This document shows, piece after piece, positions 5,335 through 6,350 of a DNA stretch of 6,350 nucleotides. Where the stretch lies: IMG/VR virus record IMGVR_UViG_3300045988_002296, positions 1 through 6,350 of that record, one strand, 5' to 3'. The position numbers and the translations under genes were made by a program. Source of the stretch: a virus. Each line of letters starts with the position of its first letter. The stretch's first letter is position 1. The notes beneath the pieces were generated by a model. The model had not been told where the DNA came from, did not search any database, and saw nothing but the letters and a program-made list of their open reading frames with translations.

Positions 5335-6350
5335 TTAATAAGGCATACCGTCCTGAGAAAGAGGACGAACAACCTTACATGAAACATCACAATTAACTAA
5401 AAGTTGATCACTTTCCCAAGTAGAGTCAGCAGCAACAGCAAAAATAGAATCCAAGGTATTAGGATTTACCTTAAAGAACGGCCAAGAAATAGTAGCAGCC
5501 TTACCATCTTTAGAATTAAACCACTCATACAAATAAGCGTCATCAATAGGAGCAACCCAATCCTTGAGAGTAGTGGTAAAAGCACCATGAACACGATCAA
5601 TCTTAGATTTCCAAGGCCAATAACGAGGATTGTAACCAAGAAAATCGTTGATAAGTGTACCATCAAAATTATCAGAATTAAACAAAGTGGTAGCAGGAAC
5701 AGCCTCCATACCAATATTATCAAACTCAGGAATAGGAAGATCTTCTACAGAAGTACACAAAAGCTGAGGATCTTGACCAGAAACTGAATAATCCAAGAGA
5801 GGCATAGCATGATAAATACACATAATAATACAATACTGAGAACCTGTATGATAACGCATCTTACCAGAACCGGAACCTACACCTTTACCGTAAATAACAG
5901 CTTCAGAACCTTCTTCACGAAGATTATTATTCACAACTTCAGAGATATCAAGGTTACGAGCGATGCCACCAATGTATTGCGCCATATGAGACATAGAAGC
6001 AGGTGTATTAATACCAAAATGAGCCTTTATCTGATCACGATAATTCGTATCTACAGATTGAGTAATTTCTTTCCATTTTTGAAGAGCTTCAGCTTGCCGA
6101 AGAGCAAGAATAGAGAAAGAGGCAACATCAGAATTGTTGATCCTAGCAACCATGGATTGACGAGCAGAAACGGAATGGGCTCCAGAAACACCGATAGTAG
6201 ATGTATCAGAAACAGTAGACATAGCAGTACTATTAAACACTTGAGTAAATACATCAGTATCAGAAATCAAACCAACAGGAATAGTGCCAGAACCAGAATC
6301 ACCTAGATTAACCACAGCAACATCACCAAACTGAGAATTCGGAAGAATAC
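5335..6350 (-). CDS. VP1: Major capsid protein VP1, C-terminal part (same gene as 1..908; 6296-6350 duplicates 1-55). Whole gene is 1869 nt, 622 aa
   Basis: The frame is open from the window edge to TAA at 5337-5335. The M at 6315 in the ORF track is an internal GTG (Val) codon. Phase check: codon starts at 908, 905 ... 2 wrap to 6294, the same phase as 6315. Confidence 0.9.
   Translation of the reverse strand, partial: ILPNSQFGDVAVVNLGDSGSGTIPVGLISDTDVFTQVFNSTAMSTVSDTSTIGVSGAHSVSARQSMVARINNSDVASFSILALRQAEALQKWKEITQSVDTNYRDQIKAHFGINTPASMSHMAQYIGGIARNLDISEVVNNNLREEGSEAVIYGKGVGSGSGKMRYHTGSQYCIIMCIYHAMPLLDYSVSGQDPQLLCTSVEDLPIPEFDNIGMEAVPATTLFNSDNFDGTLINDFLGYNPRYWPWKSKIDRVHGAFTTTLKDWVAPIDDAYLYEWFNSKDGKAATISWPFFKVNPNTLDSIFAVAADSTWESDQLLVNCDVSCKVVRPLSQDGMPY
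6296..6350. repeat. Terminal overlap copy 2 (identical to 1-55)
   Basis: Base-by-base comparison with 1-55 by eye shows exact identity over 55 nt. Confidence 0.95.

Larger units (their letters stand above)
1..6295 (-). other. Complete circular Microviridae (ssDNA phage) genome unit, 6295 nt, Alpavirinae-like; the window plus strand is the complement of the coding strand
   Basis: The 55-nt identity of the window ends closes a circle. Hallmark genes VP1, VP2 and VP4 are all on the minus strand, separated by gaps of 11-16 nt or overlapping. There is a single non-coding region of about 500 nt. Confidence 0.85.

Noticed and set aside
5944-5954. The exact 11-mer repeat gatatcaaggt (3523-3533 and 5944-5954) as a significant repeat in its own right
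   Set aside because: In a 6.3-kb sequence several chance 11-mer pairs are expected, roughly (6300 squared / 2) / 4 to the 11th, or a few. It is interesting only because of its resemblance to the phiX174 origin core, which is reported under findings.
635-6254. Same-strand off-frame hydrophobic ORFs (635..853, 3735..3932, 4290..4520, 4930..5169, 5466..5723, 6051..6254) as possible E-like overprinted genes
   Set aside because: All are uniformly Leu/Ile/Val/Phe-rich, as expected when a T-rich coding strand is read out of frame. At least 635..853 starts at TTG, not ATG. Nothing separates any one of them from the others. An E-like gene cannot be excluded, but it cannot be supported from a single sequence.
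945-6306. Long plus-strand ORFs in the track (945..1265, 1612..1854, 3856..4095, 4351..4539, 4973..5308, 5404..5787, 5809..6306)
   Set aside because: All are antisense to well-supported minus-strand genes. The plus strand is visibly A-rich and T-poor, so stop codons (all starting with T) are rare and long open frames arise by composition alone. Their products are low-complexity and rich in R, I, N, T and S, with no motifs.
6296-6350. The 55-nt end duplication as a biological direct terminal repeat or an LTR-like element
   Set aside because: It lies inside the VP1 coding sequence, and removing one copy restores a continuous in-frame 622-aa capsid gene. This is the signature of a circular contig overlap.
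1-6350. tRNA, rRNA, CRISPR arrays, integrase, transposase, endolysin
   Set aside because: No cloverleaf-like segments, spaced repeat arrays or recognisable catalytic motifs for these were seen. The only repeats are the short ones in 3311-3465 and the terminal overlap.

Overview
The window holds one complete circular ssDNA Microviridae phage genome of 6295 nt, shown as the complement of the coding (viral) strand, plus a 55-nt assembly overlap (1-55 is identical to 6296-6350). All supportable genes are on the minus strand and tightly packed. In order of transcription (descending coordinates) they are: a 67-aa membrane or lipoprotein-like ORF (3180->2977), a 63-aa ORF (2960->2769), replication initiator VP4 (2756->921, 611 aa, HUH motifs), major capsid protein VP1 (908->1, continuing 6295->5335; 622 aa across the circular junction), a 173-aa ORFan (5323->4802), and the pilot/minor capsid protein VP2 (about 4917->3685). 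One roughly 500-nt non-coding region (3181-3684) closes the circle. On the viral strand it contains an intrinsic terminator just after VP2, several hairpins (including a GCGAAGC mini-hairpin), a phiX174-origin-like CTTGATAT motif, three short tandem repeats in a polypyrimidine tract, a C7 run, and Bacteroidetes-style promoter boxes upstream of the 67-aa ORF. Genome size, large VP1 and VP4, and gene order suggest an Alpavirinae-like gut or Bacteroidales-associated microvirus, but this is tentative without a database search. No tRNA, rRNA, CRISPR array, integrase or recognisable lysis enzyme was seen. The long plus-strand ORFs in the track look like artefacts of strand composition.
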